64,000 nt of DNA. Source: an uncultured Gammaproteobacteria bacterium. Lineage in GTDB: Bacteria; Patescibacteriota; Patescibacteriia; Magasanikbacterales; GWA2-37-8. Shown piece after piece: positions 1 to 10,009 of the stretch; position 1 is the first letter of the stretch, and the number at the start of each line of letters is the position of its first letter. The notes under the pieces are model-generated. The model was given only the letters and a program-made list of their open reading frames with translations. It had not been told where the DNA came from and did not search any database. The DNA is taken from the NCBI GenBank assembly GCA_964510885.1, contig CAZEDL010000001.1, positions 684 through 64,683 of the forward strand. Reading direction: 5' to 3'. The position numbers and the translations under genes were made by a program.

Positions 1-149
1 AGACTGGGTGTTACACTTCAAGAAGCGCAGGCATTTTTGTTAAAGTTGGAAAGCATTCTGCAGAAAAACCAGACGTAAATTGTCACTCTGTTTGCTGGCT
101 ATTGTTTTGAAATTATTGTAAAAATTTCAGGTTTTATTCGGGGTCTAAA

Positions 150-431
150 GTGGTCGCTCAATTTCGTCATGTTTTCTGCTCTTTTATAGGGAGCTATGCC
201 GCCGGATCAGCCATTGGTCAGACCGCCGGAGATATTGCTCAAATAGCCCTTATTTTCGAAGGTGGCCTTGGCCTGGCAGGGGAAGTATCTAATGCCGAGA
301 AAGCAGTGGTGGTGAGTGTGAATGTTTCTAAAACTGCTGATCGGGCAAGTGAGATTGCGAAGATTGAGAATGTGCTTAGGGCGGAGGGTGAGGTGGTGGC
401 AGAGAAAGTAGCAGATTTGGTAATAAAGTAA
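150..431 (+). CDS. hypothetical small protein (93 aa, GTG start)
   Basis: ORF track only; Ala/Gly/Val-rich; no recognisable motif. Confidence 0.3.
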   Translation: MVAQFRHVFCSFIGSYAAGSAIGQTAGDIAQIALIFEGGLGLAGEVSNAEKAVVVSVNVSKTADRASEIAKIENVLRAEGEVVAEKVADLVIK

Positions 432-498
432 ACCAGTTCGGGTAGTGTAAATTGGTTTGGGGCTGTAGCATGTAAAGTTTGCTTGACGTTTGGTGTAA

Positions 499-1083
499 TT
501 GCGCTATACTAGAGTCTGCCAAAATATGCGTAAGTTTTACTTTATTTTAATTACGTTGCTGCTGCTGGCAGTAGCCGGGCTTGTTGAGCGGCGTGCTGTG
601 CTGCGCATGCCGGTTATTCCAGCGTCTGAGCCGGGTCAGCCACCGATGATGCGGATTATTCGACCGACCACGACCACAATTCCAGCCACTGAAGAGGGGT
701 GGAAAGAGGTCCTGACTCCGGAGCAGTATCGTATTTTGCGCGAGGCCGGGACCGAACGCCCGTTTAGCAGCCCGCTTGATTTCGAAACCCGGCCGGGCAC
801 GTATGTGAGTGCAGATTGTGGTGAGCCGCTATTTCGATCTGAGCAAAAATATGATTCCGGCACCGGTTGGCCTAGTTTTTGGGCGCCGATTGATCCTGAG
901 GCACTGGTTTTGAAGCTCGATTATTCCATACCGTTTGCGCCGCGCGTAGAGGTGTTGTCGAAATGTGGCGGTCACCTGGGGCATGTATTTGACGATGGCC
1001 CCGAGCCGACTGGAAAGCGGTATTGTATGAATGGGCTGGCGCTTATTTTTGTTCCAGATTCAGCTACGTCTACGCCAAAATAG
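499..1083 (+). CDS. msrB: peptide-methionine (R)-S-oxide reductase MsrB (SelR domain) with N-terminal TM/extension
   Basis: Motifs TPEQYRILRE..GTE, GWPSF, CGGHLGHVFDDGP, RYCMNG typical of the SelR/MsrB fold. Confidence 0.8.
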   Translation: MRYTRVCQNMRKFYFILITLLLLAVAGLVERRAVLRMPVIPASEPGQPPMMRIIRPTTTTIPATEEGWKEVLTPEQYRILREAGTERPFSSPLDFETRPGTYVSADCGEPLFRSEQKYDSGTGWPSFWAPIDPEALVLKLDYSIPFAPRVEVLSKCGGHLGHVFDDGPEPTGKRYCMNGLALIFVPDSATSTPK

Positions 1084-1157
1084 CCGAGATTGCTTCACTT
1101 TTTGGGACTATGTTATAGTAGGGTCACTTAGTGTGGCCTTATTTTGGCTAATGGTAT

Positions 1158-1186
1158 TGACAAAAGAGTCAAAATATGGTATTATC
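1158..1186 (+). promoter_or_regulatory. sigma70-like promoter (TTGACA-N17-TATTAT) upstream of the large repeat protein
   Basis: ttgacaaaagagtcaaaatatggtattat read directly; about 45 nt upstream of the ATG at 1230. Confidence 0.35.
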
Positions 1187-1229
1187 AACCGTTACTTTTA
1201 TTATTTAGTTTATTAAACGAGCTATTTTT

Positions 1230-3980
1230 ATGCTTTCTTTAGCTAAAAAATATCTTGCTGTGATTGCGTTAGCAGTGGCAGCAAGCATTAGTTTAGCGGC
1301 CCCGAGTTTGGCTGCTATTAGTCCGAATACCGTATATACTGTCACGGCGCGGTATTATTACTCATCGGGTGATGATTTTAGTGTGGGTGATTTTACCTTG
1401 CGCTATCAGCCGAATAATACCACCGAATCGGGGTATGATTTTACCCGGCTAGCAGCAGTTGGACCACGCGATGGTGCGATGTATATTTGTCCGACCGCGG
1501 CTGGTGCTTTGCGTTTATGCGCTAATAATCCTGGCCAGGGCGGCGTGGCACGTTTGAAAAATTTGAGCGCGTTGATTCCGTCTGTAAAAACCAAGAACGC
1601 TTATCAGCGAGCTGGTTTGGCGCTCGAGAAAAATGCCGTCTATGCCATTTATGATCAAAAGCATGATTTGTATGTAAAGATTCGGATTTCAGATATTGCG
1701 AAACGCGTTATTGGCACACCGGCCAGCGTATCAAGCTTAGCGCAGCCAGCGATTACGGCTCCGTTTACCGATACTATTTTCACTAATAATCCTCGCACCG
1801 TTAATTTAATTTGGAATCCAGTGCAAGGTGCAGAGCAGTATGAAGTAATCGTAGACTGCGATGGCTGTACCGCCGCTGCAGGCTGGCGTTTGTTCAAGAC
1901 TTATCCACGTACGATTGATACTCGTCTGCTGTTGTCGTTCACTGAAGACCATTCCTATCGTGTGCGCGTCCGCGCTATTGGCGGTGGTGTGCGCACGGTG
2001 GTTGGCCCATATTCTGACGAAGTATTATTCAGTTTTGATACCTCGGCTCCGGCCGTGATCGGCCAGCCGGTGATTCGTGCTCCGGAAGAGAAAGATGTGG
2101 TTAGTGTCTATCCACGTACGGTCCAGGTGCGTTTTGACCGAGTCAATGAGGCCAAATCGTATGAAGTTCAGATTGACTGTAATTTTTGTACCGGCGCTGA
2201 TGGTTGGGCTCAGTTTGGCACCTATCACATAGACGCTGGTAAAAATCCGGTGATCAGCTGGACGACCCAAATTTTGCCGAGTGATACCGAATATCGCATT
2301 CGAGTCCGTGCTAAAAATGCCCAGGGCCAGGGTGGCCCGTGGTCTAAAGATGTTAATTTCCGCTTTACCACTGTTACGCTGCCTGCGCCAGTGATTGTGG
2401 AGCCGACCCGCGGTCAGCTATTTCCGGCTAATAGCCGACATACATTCCGAGCTACCTGGAAACCGGTAGAGAAGGCTGTTAAATATGCCCTCGAAGTTAG
2501 TTGTGCCGATTGTTCGGAACAGGCGGCTTCAACCCAGCTGTATCTTACCTCCAGTACTTCTACGGCCTACGAAGGTATTACGGTACCTGCTGATGGTCAG
2601 TATCGGATTCGCATCCAATCAGTAGACCAGTATAATAATCGCAGCCCGTGGTCTGATTATACGTATGCTAAGTTTCAGGGTGCCGGCGGCTTTTCGCTTC
2701 CTACCCCAGGCTTATTATCACCAACCCCTAATTTACCGATCAAATCCAGCGAAACATTTTTGAATGTCAGCTGGTCTAAAGTTGCGGCTGCAACTAGCTA
2801 TGTTATTCGCATCAGCTGCGATAGTTGTGACAGTAATCATGTCTGGAACCATGAGTATGATACCCAGTTTAATGTCACTACCTATCCGGTTCCGCTGTTT
2901 GACCTGCCGCTTGGTGACAATACCTTTAGTTTGGCAGTAAAAGCTATTAATTCAGGGCAGGTTTCTGAAAGTAATTGGTCGTCTCCGGTTATCTTCTCTT
3001 ATAGTTTGCTTGGAGCCGAGATTGATGCTCCGGTGGTTAGCTCGCCAGTAAATGGCGTTGAATTAACGAATTATCCGCGCACCGTTCTTATTTCTTGGAA
3101 TCCAGTACAAGATGGCGTGTCGTATGGTGGTGAAATCGAACAGTGTAGTCGTTGTGGCAGCGCCAATGACTGGCGTTTGGCGCAGAGCTTTACGACCCCG
3201 AATTATGTGACCGGCATGAATGTTACTTTGTCTGAAGACAAAAATTACCGTGTTCGCGTTCGTGCCTTTGATGCTAATAAAAATCCAAGTGAATGGTCAA
3301 AAGAATATATCTATTTCCGCTTTAATGCCGCCTTGCCAAAACCGACTATTACGAGTCCGTCTAACCGCTCCACGGTTACCAATCAGGCTGGATATATGAA
3401 TTTATCCTGGACGAATGTGGCTGGGGCCAATCATTATGTGGTTGAATATGAATTCGATTATTGCTGTAACACCAACAGCACTCGTCAGTGGTCTGGCGAC
3501 AGCCGCAAGTTCGTGATTACGGATAATAATGACACCACTTTGCGTGATCTTAAATTGACTGCACTTAGTCATCAGTATCGCTTCCGTGTGCAGGCTGTAA
3601 ATAATCTTGGTAGCCGCGGGGCGTGGTCTGATTATCGCTATGTTAGCTTTGTACCAAATAACCAGGCGTTAACGGCTCCGGTCGTCACGGCTCCAAAAAC
3701 TAATCAGGTGTTAGCCGCTGGTACGCGTACGGTGCTGGTGTCATGGTTGCCGCTTACAGGTGTTGACCATTATGAAGTTATGACCCACTGCGATCAGTGT
3801 GTTACAACCGAAGGTGCAGTATGGAATGAATACCCCGTGTTCCCAACGCTTAATGCCGCAACCAGCCTCCAGATCAAAGTTCCTGAAAGCAAAGGCTATT
3901 GGGTCTGGGTGCGCGGGGTGACGGATAGTGGTGTGGGTGGCCTCTGGTCTTCTGCAATTCACTTTTCTGTTAAACCGTAA
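1230..3980 (+). CDS. secreted 916-aa protein with seven tandem Fn3-like repeats, each carrying a CxxC pair
   Basis: N-terminal signal peptide (MLSLAKKYLAVIALAVAASISLAAPSLAA); repeated motif W-P/K-V-x-GA-x-Y-x-V-x3-C-x2-C ... YR[IV]RVRA ... S-WS about every 105 aa, seven times. Confidence 0.8.
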   Translation: MLSLAKKYLAVIALAVAASISLAAPSLAAISPNTVYTVTARYYYSSGDDFSVGDFTLRYQPNNTTESGYDFTRLAAVGPRDGAMYICPTAAGALRLCANNPGQGGVARLKNLSALIPSVKTKNAYQRAGLALEKNAVYAIYDQKHDLYVKIRISDIAKRVIGTPASVSSLAQPAITAPFTDTIFTNNPRTVNLIWNPVQGAEQYEVIVDCDGCTAAAGWRLFKTYPRTIDTRLLLSFTEDHSYRVRVRAIGGGVRTVVGPYSDEVLFSFDTSAPAVIGQPVIRAPEEKDVVSVYPRTVQVRFDRVNEAKSYEVQIDCNFCTGADGWAQFGTYHIDAGKNPVISWTTQILPSDTEYRIRVRAKNAQGQGGPWSKDVNFRFTTVTLPAPVIVEPTRGQLFPANSRHTFRATWKPVEKAVKYALEVSCADCSEQAASTQLYLTSSTSTAYEGITVPADGQYRIRIQSVDQYNNRSPWSDYTYAKFQGAGGFSLPTPGLLSPTPNLPIKSSETFLNVSWSKVAAATSYVIRISCDSCDSNHVWNHEYDTQFNVTTYPVPLFDLPLGDNTFSLAVKAINSGQVSESNWSSPVIFSYSLLGAEIDAPVVSSPVNGVELTNYPRTVLISWNPVQDGVSYGGEIEQCSRCGSANDWRLAQSFTTPNYVTGMNVTLSEDKNYRVRVRAFDANKNPSEWSKEYIYFRFNAALPKPTITSPSNRSTVTNQAGYMNLSWTNVAGANHYVVEYEFDYCCNTNSTRQWSGDSRKFVITDNNDTTLRDLKLTALSHQYRFRVQAVNNLGSRGAWSDYRYVSFVPNNQALTAPVVTAPKTNQVLAAGTRTVLVSWLPLTGVDHYEVMTHCDQCVTTEGAVWNEYPVFPTLNAATSLQIKVPESKGYWVWVRGVTDSGVGGLWSSAIHFSVKP

Positions 3981-3990
3981 TATCTGGTGT

Positions 3991-4018
3991 AAAAAACCAG
4001 TCTCACGACTGGTTTTTT
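3991..4018. terminator. bidirectional rho-independent terminator between convergent genes
   Basis: aaaaaaccagtc-tcacg-gactggtttttt hairpin flanked by A-run and T-run; overlaps the recJ stop codon. Confidence 0.6.
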
Positions 4019-5796
4019 ATTTCACTTTTTCTTAGATCTTCGATCATCATTTGTAATTCACGATTTCCGTTCCATTCATTGACACTGATAGAGAATACCA
4101 TGTCGATTTTATCACCGACGTGTAGTGTTTCTCGCCAGTTTTGAGGGTAGCGGTTAATGTCGCCGAGGCCAAAGCCGATAGTTTTGCGCACTAGGTGCGA
4201 GTGATGTTTAAGTAGTAATCGCAAATGCTTACCATCTTGGCCGACTGGTTCGATGCCGGCGATGGTTAGGCCGTAGGCGGCATATTTTGGTTCTTCGTTG
4301 GCTTGGCCGAACGGTTCAAATTTTTGCAATAGGTCGTAGAGTTTCCAGTTTATTTCTGACAAGTCATCAATCTCGGCATCGATAATGATATTGGGTACTA
4401 ATTTTACGTCAGCCACTGCTTTGGCTGTAGTGGCAAGCAGTTTGGTTTTAAAGTCTTCGAGCACCTCGGGGTTCTTCAGCGAGAAGCCGCAGGCCTGGGG
4501 GTGGCCGCCGAATTTGGCAAAGAATTCCGGCATCGTTTGGAGTGCGGCGATGAGGTTGAATTCTTTGATGCTGCGGCCGGAGCCAGTGATCTGGCCCTTG
4601 TTTAGGCCCATGACTAAGATTGGCTTATAGAATTCGTCTTTAAGGCGACTGGCGATCAGGCCGAGGATGCCGGTGCTCCAGCCGGCGCCAAGCGCAAACA
4701 GAATTGGGTTATCGAGCTGGCTCGTAGTTTTTAAATAGTCGCGGGCTTGATTGAGCAGCTCTTCGGTTAATTTCTGGCGATCGGCATTATTTTGGTTCAG
4801 TTGAGCAGCTAGGTTTGCAGCTTCAGCTTCACTGTCGGCCATAAGCAAATTAAAGGCTACATTCGCATGATCCATCCGCCCGGCGGCATTGATGCGCGGA
4901 GCAATTTTGAAGCCAATGGTGCGGGCATCATAATTGCCGCGTTTAGGGCGACCGGTTTCATCGGCTAGGCCAGTATGGATGAGTAGTTGCTGTAACCCGA
5001 CATTGCGTGTCTTATTAAGTACGGTCAGGCCGTAGCGTACCAGGGTGCGTGATTCGCCAAGTAGTGGCACCATGTCACCAACCGTTGAAATAGATACCAT
5101 GTCTAATAGCCATTTTTCAAAGGCTTCATGAGTTTGACCATCGGGAAGGAGCGGGTTAGTTTTTTTGTGGTTTTGTAATAAAGCCTCTGCTAATTTAAAG
5201 GCGACACCACCGCCGGCGAGTCCTTTGTCGGGGTAGGGTTCACCGGGAACGAGGGGGTGGATAATGGCATCGGCTGGTGGGAACACTGCCGGCATTGCAT
5301 GATGATCAGTGACGATTACAGACAGGCCGAGTTCTTTCGCTAGAGCAATCTCTGGGGTGTTGCTAATGCCGCAATCGCAAGTGATGATGAGTTTAGTGCC
5401 ATTTTCTTTGAGGAGTTTAACGGTATTATTATTTAGTCCGTAGCCATCAGTTTCGCGGTGCGGCAAGAAAATTCCTACATCTTTGGCGCCAATTTTTTTG
5501 AGAGTGGAAATAATTACGACGGAGGCACAAACGCCGTCGGCATCGTAGTCGCCGTGCACGGTTATTTTTTCGCCGCGCGCAATACAGCTCGTGATAAGTT
5601 CGACCGCCTTGGTCATGTCTTTGAACAAGTACGGGTCATGCAAGTCGCTTGAATAATCCGGATTTAAAAATTCATCAATGGCGATTTCTGTGCGCAGGTT
5701 ACGGTTCCAGAGCAGGCGGGTGATACTGCCCGGCAGTTCGGGATGGGCCGCAATAAATTCTGGCGGGGGTGGTGGAAGAATTATCCATTCTTTCAT
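4003..5796 (-). CDS. recJ: single-stranded-DNA-specific exonuclease RecJ (DHH/DHHA1)
   Basis: DHH motifs VHGDYDADGVCAS, ITCDCG, VTDHH; length 597 aa. Confidence 0.85.
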   Translation of the reverse strand: MKEWIILPPPPPEFIAAHPELPGSITRLLWNRNLRTEIAIDEFLNPDYSSDLHDPYLFKDMTKAVELITSCIARGEKITVHGDYDADGVCASVVIISTLKKIGAKDVGIFLPHRETDGYGLNNNTVKLLKENGTKLIITCDCGISNTPEIALAKELGLSVIVTDHHAMPAVFPPADAIIHPLVPGEPYPDKGLAGGGVAFKLAEALLQNHKKTNPLLPDGQTHEAFEKWLLDMVSISTVGDMVPLLGESRTLVRYGLTVLNKTRNVGLQQLLIHTGLADETGRPKRGNYDARTIGFKIAPRINAAGRMDHANVAFNLLMADSEAEAANLAAQLNQNNADRQKLTEELLNQARDYLKTTSQLDNPILFALGAGWSTGILGLIASRLKDEFYKPILVMGLNKGQITGSGRSIKEFNLIAALQTMPEFFAKFGGHPQACGFSLKNPEVLEDFKTKLLATTAKAVADVKLVPNIIIDAEIDDLSEINWKLYDLLQKFEPFGQANEEPKYAAYGLTIAGIEPVGQDGKHLRLLLKHHSHLVRKTIGFGLGDINRYPQNWRETLHVGDKIDMVFSISVNEWNGNRELQMMIEDLRKSEIKNQS

Positions 5797-5898
5797 AACT
5801 TCTTAAAACCATTAAAACATGAAAATATGAAAGCAGTAATTTTGAAGCAGATATAGTATTTACTGTTTTAATACTTTTAGGCTCTAGGGTTTTATTGT

Positions 5899-6303
5899 TT
5901 ACTTCAAGTTGTCCTTGCTAAATAAATTTTTCAAATTCAATGACTCAAAATCCCAGTATGAATCGGCCAAAAAAAGCGTGAATATTAGGTAGAGTACATT
6001 GAGCGACCAGTAATCTGAAGCTGATAGTGGTGTGTTGTAGCCGGCAAAGATGCCGATGCCAAGGAGTGTCCAATAGAAAAGGCTGCGACCAGTAAGGCGG
6101 CGACGTTCGGATAGGTTTATTTTACTGCGAATGTTCCAGAGGTGATACAGATAAATTCCGAGCAGTGGCCCAGCTACCAGCCATTCATAGCGATAGACTT
6201 CGATGCCAGACTCTGCCAGTAGATAAAAACTGCCGCTCGTGAGGACGAAGACCACGATAAAATAGAAGATGATATCGATTTGGTAATGGCGGAGTACCTT
6301 CAT
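5899..6303 (-). CDS. hypothetical 4-TM membrane protein
   Basis: Hydrophobic segments, Trp/Tyr-rich; no recognisable family. Confidence 0.5.
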   Translation of the reverse strand: MKVLRHYQIDIIFYFIVVFVLTSGSFYLLAESGIEVYRYEWLVAGPLLGIYLYHLWNIRSKINLSERRRLTGRSLFYWTLLGIGIFAGYNTPLSASDYWSLNVLYLIFTLFLADSYWDFESLNLKNLFSKDNLK

Positions 6304-6556
6304 AGATGTACAAAAGTAGGCCTGTAAGGTTGTTTACCTGAGACTGTTAAAATTGAAAAGCTGGGGCGATCGACAAGAATAGCATGGCAATAATGCCAGC
6401 TATGATAATGCCTTTCCAGAGAATAGATTTGGTTGTTTTGGACACAGATTACAGGGGTTAATAGTAAGGATTACACGGATGTTGTTTAATTACACTAAGT
6501 TATTATGTATCGGTGCGCTAATTAGTGCAGTCTAACCACTATCTGTGTAATCCGTG

Positions 6557-8383
6557 TTAACGTTTTAGTACCGCCAAATAGGTCTCGCTCGGGATTTCTA
6601 CTTTGCCGTGGGATTTCATGCGGGCTTTACCTTTCTTTTGTTTTTGTAATAATTTCATTTTGCGCGTATAGTCGCCACCGCTCATTTTGGCCAAGACATC
6701 TTTGCGCAGTGCGGACAGGCGTTCGGCTGCGATGACCTTGCCGCCGAGCGAGGCCTGAATTTTAAGTTCGAATTGCTGGCGGGGGAGCGAGTCTTTGAGT
6801 GATTCAACAATTTTTTTGCCGGTGGCATAGGCCTGATCGCGCCACACCAGGGTGGATAGTGCCTCCACCGGTTCTTCGGCCACCAGCACATCAAGTTTTA
6901 CGACTTCGGTTGGTTCGTAGCGGTCGAATTCGTAGTTCATTGAGGCGTAGCCTGACGTAACTGTTTTAAGTTTATCATAAAAATCAGTAATCAGCGAAGC
7001 CAAGGGGATGCGGTAGTGCAAGAGGGCGCGCTGGTCAGAGCCGGCGCTCAGGTATTCGGTGGTGATATAGGTGCCTTTGCGTTCAGAGACGAGGCCCATT
7101 ACCGCGCCCACTTGATCTTTTGGGGTAATGACATCGAGCGTCATTACGGGCTCTTCGATGGTGGCAAGTTTCGCCGGGTCAGGCATTTCTTGAGGGCTTT
7201 TGATGTAATATTGCTCGCCGCTCGTGGTCGTAACATGATAGGCAACGCTTGGCACGGTGATAATAATTTCAAGGCTATGTTCACGCTTCAAACGTTCTTG
7301 AAAAATATCGAGGTGCAGCATGCCGAGAAACCCGCAGCGAAACCCAAAGCCGAGCGCTTGCGAGTGTTCTGGTTCATAGATAAGCGCCGAGTCACTGAGT
7401 TTTAGTTTATCAATCGCATCGCGCAGATCTTCATAGCCATCCCCTTCATTCGGGAAGATGCCGGCAAAGACCATGGGTTTGACTTCTTTATATCCGGGCA
7501 GCGGAGTCCCAGCGAGGCCACTCATTTTGTCATTGCCAAGGCGGGTAATAGTGTCGCCGACCCGACAATCACGAACTTCTTTGAGACCAGTGACAATATA
7601 CCCAATTTCACCATTTTTAAGTTCGTTGGTTGGGTTCATTTTTGGTTTGTAGTAACCGATTTCCAACACTTCTGCTGGTGTGTTGGTCGACATCAACCAT
7701 AATTTGTCGCCTTTTTTGAAGCTGCCATCAACGACACGCACCGCGGCGACGACGCCTTTGAATTCATTAAAAGCTGAGTCAAAAATAATGGCGCGTGGAA
7801 TGGCGGTTGATTCATCTTTAGGAGCAGGTACGCGATCAACAATCGCTTCGAGAATATCGGGCACACCGAGGCCGGTTTTGCCTGAGGCCAAAATAATATC
7901 TTCGTCTTTACACCCGAGCAGGTGGATCAGTTCTTGTTTGGTTTTTTCGACATTCGCGATCGGCATGTCGACTTTATTGATGACGGGGATAATGGTTAGA
8001 TTCTGTTCGAGAGCCAGGTACAGATTGCCAATCGTCTGGGCTTGCACGCCTTGGGTGGCATCTACGAGTAAGATAGCGCCTTCTACGGCAGCCAGCGAAC
8101 GGGACACTTCGTAGTTAAAATCCACGTGTCCTGGGGTGTCAATCAAATTTAAAATAAAGCGCTCCGTGGGCGCTGTGACTTTTGAAGTGAAGTCCATTCG
8201 GACCGGAGTTAATTTGATGGTGATGCCACGTTCGCGCTCTAACTCCATGGAATCGAGGAGTTGGTTTTTCATGTCGCGTTTTGACACGGTGCCGGTGCAT
8301 TCTAAAAAGCGGTCGGCCAGGGTGGATTTGCCGTGGTCGATATGGGCGATAATACAGAAATTGCGGATGTGGGCGGTAGACAT
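6557..8383 (-). CDS. lepA: elongation factor 4 (LepA)
   Basis: N-terminus IRNFCIIAHIDHGKSTLADR G-domain and conserved LepA C-terminal region; 608 aa. Confidence 0.95.
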   Translation of the reverse strand: MSTAHIRNFCIIAHIDHGKSTLADRFLECTGTVSKRDMKNQLLDSMELERERGITIKLTPVRMDFTSKVTAPTERFILNLIDTPGHVDFNYEVSRSLAAVEGAILLVDATQGVQAQTIGNLYLALEQNLTIIPVINKVDMPIANVEKTKQELIHLLGCKDEDIILASGKTGLGVPDILEAIVDRVPAPKDESTAIPRAIIFDSAFNEFKGVVAAVRVVDGSFKKGDKLWLMSTNTPAEVLEIGYYKPKMNPTNELKNGEIGYIVTGLKEVRDCRVGDTITRLGNDKMSGLAGTPLPGYKEVKPMVFAGIFPNEGDGYEDLRDAIDKLKLSDSALIYEPEHSQALGFGFRCGFLGMLHLDIFQERLKREHSLEIIITVPSVAYHVTTTSGEQYYIKSPQEMPDPAKLATIEEPVMTLDVITPKDQVGAVMGLVSERKGTYITTEYLSAGSDQRALLHYRIPLASLITDFYDKLKTVTSGYASMNYEFDRYEPTEVVKLDVLVAEEPVEALSTLVWRDQAYATGKKIVESLKDSLPRQQFELKIQASLGGKVIAAERLSALRKDVLAKMSGGDYTRKMKLLQKQKKGKARMKSHGKVEIPSETYLAVLKR

Positions 8384-8386
8384 AGC

Positions 8387-10006
8387 TTAGGGTTGGTTCG
8401 TTTCAGTGATATTCGCGGGCAGGTTACGTAGTTTAAGCCAGCGGGTTTTGAAGGTTTTAGCCAGATCAAGCATTTCTTGTACATTCAAGACATAACAAAT
8501 GCCTAGATAGACTAAGATGCCTAGGGTACCAGAAATGAGCCCCTGGAGCAAGATGCCGCTGAAATAATCAAGGTTGAGGCTAGTGCCAAGTGGGTATTTG
8601 ACGAGCTGGATGGTGAAACCCATAGCAAGGCCAGCAAGAGCCACCCGGAAGATCATTTGTACTAGGGCTTCTTCAGGCAAAGGTTTTATTTTTTTGCGCA
8701 GGTAGAAGTAGAGGCCGAATAAGTTGATAACTGCGCCGATTGAAGTAGCGAGCGCGAGGCCCGGCACGCCAAGTGAGTTGTGAAGTGCGAGGGCGATTAT
8801 AATGGTGACCACTTCACTGGCAATGGCAATGGCTAGCGGCGTCGTGGTGTCTGAGAAGGCGTAGAAACCGCGGGCCAGGAGGGGGATGAGGGCTTGGGCA
8901 AATAAGCTCAGTGCAAAGAAAGCCAGGGTGTCGGCGGTAGCAATGGTAGCTGCCCAGTCAAATTGACCACTGCCGAGAATGACACGCACAATTTGGGCAC
9001 GTAAAAGCAGCATGGCCAGTGAGCAGGGAACGATCAGGAAAATTATATAGCGCAGCGTACTCATGAAGCGTTCGCGGAATAGGGATAGATCATGGTTTGC
9101 TACGGCTCCAGAGAGAATGGGGAAGACGGCTAACGCAAATGGGATGCCGATCAAACCAAGCGGAACCGTCTGCAAGTTATTGGCATAATTAAATACGGCT
9201 ACGCTGCCGGTCGGCAAGAGTGAAGCAAGCATGGTGATGGCTACGATATTGAATTGTGTGATAGCGAGGCCAATCGTGCGGGGAATCATGAGTGCGCCAA
9301 CCCGCCGGGTATCGCGATCACGCCAGTTGGCAATCGGCTGCCAGCGAAAGCCAGCTTGGTACGCGCCGTAGATTTGGAGTCCAGCATGTAGCAAGGCGCC
9401 GAACACTACGCCATAGGCGAGGCCATTGACCCCAAGGAGCGGGACAAATACGGTGGCACCGAGAATAATTCCGAGATTGTAAAAAATAGGGGCCAGTGAA
9501 TAGAGGACAAAGCGGCGTAGTGATTGCAAGATGCCGCCCATGACCATAGAAATGCTAAGGAGGAGCGGAGAGAGAAAAATAATGCGGGTAAATGAGATGA
9601 CGAGCTCTAGGCGTTGACCGGTAAAGCCGGGGGCGATTAGCCGCGCCACGAGCGGAGCTCCGATCATGCCGCCAATCGCTAAGATGAGCATGGCCGCAGC
9701 GATTAAATTCAGGACATTATTGGCTAATTTCCAGGCAGCTTTGTCACCATTGTCTTTGGTCCATAATTTGGTGAACGTGGGAATGAACCCGGCGGTGAGC
9801 GCCCCTACCACCAGTAGATTATAAATCAGGTCGGGGATTTTAAAGGCGGCAAAATAAGCATCGATCACGGGCCCGGTGCTGTAGTAATGGGCAAATATAT
9901 GATCGCGCAGAATGCCGGCAGCACGGCTAAGCAGGCCGGCCACGCTAATAATAAGGGCAGCGCCGGTGATAGTTTGGCTTGGGGAATGGAAGACTTTTTT
10001 AAACAC
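8387..10006 (-). CDS. murJ: lipid II flippase MurJ (MviN)
   Basis: 539 aa polytopic; N-terminal AALIISVAGLLSRAAGILRD..FKIPDL characteristic of the MurJ/MOP family; 3-nt gap to lepA. Confidence 0.85.
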   Translation of the reverse strand: MFKKVFHSPSQTITGAALIISVAGLLSRAAGILRDHIFAHYYSTGPVIDAYFAAFKIPDLIYNLLVVGALTAGFIPTFTKLWTKDNGDKAAWKLANNVLNLIAAAMLILAIGGMIGAPLVARLIAPGFTGQRLELVISFTRIIFLSPLLLSISMVMGGILQSLRRFVLYSLAPIFYNLGIILGATVFVPLLGVNGLAYGVVFGALLHAGLQIYGAYQAGFRWQPIANWRDRDTRRVGALMIPRTIGLAITQFNIVAITMLASLLPTGSVAVFNYANNLQTVPLGLIGIPFALAVFPILSGAVANHDLSLFRERFMSTLRYIIFLIVPCSLAMLLLRAQIVRVILGSGQFDWAATIATADTLAFFALSLFAQALIPLLARGFYAFSDTTTPLAIAIASEVVTIIIALALHNSLGVPGLALATSIGAVINLFGLYFYLRKKIKPLPEEALVQMIFRVALAGLAMGFTIQLVKYPLGTSLNLDYFSGILLQGLISGTLGILVYLGICYVLNVQEMLDLAKTFKTRWLKLRNLPANITETNQP

Positions 10007-10009
10007 AGG

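Noticed and set aside
1-80. Open frame from the window edge to a stop at 78-80 (RLGVTLQEAQAFLLKLESILQKNQT*), possibly the C-terminus of an upstream gene
   Set aside because: Only 26 codons are visible; this cannot be supported as a feature.
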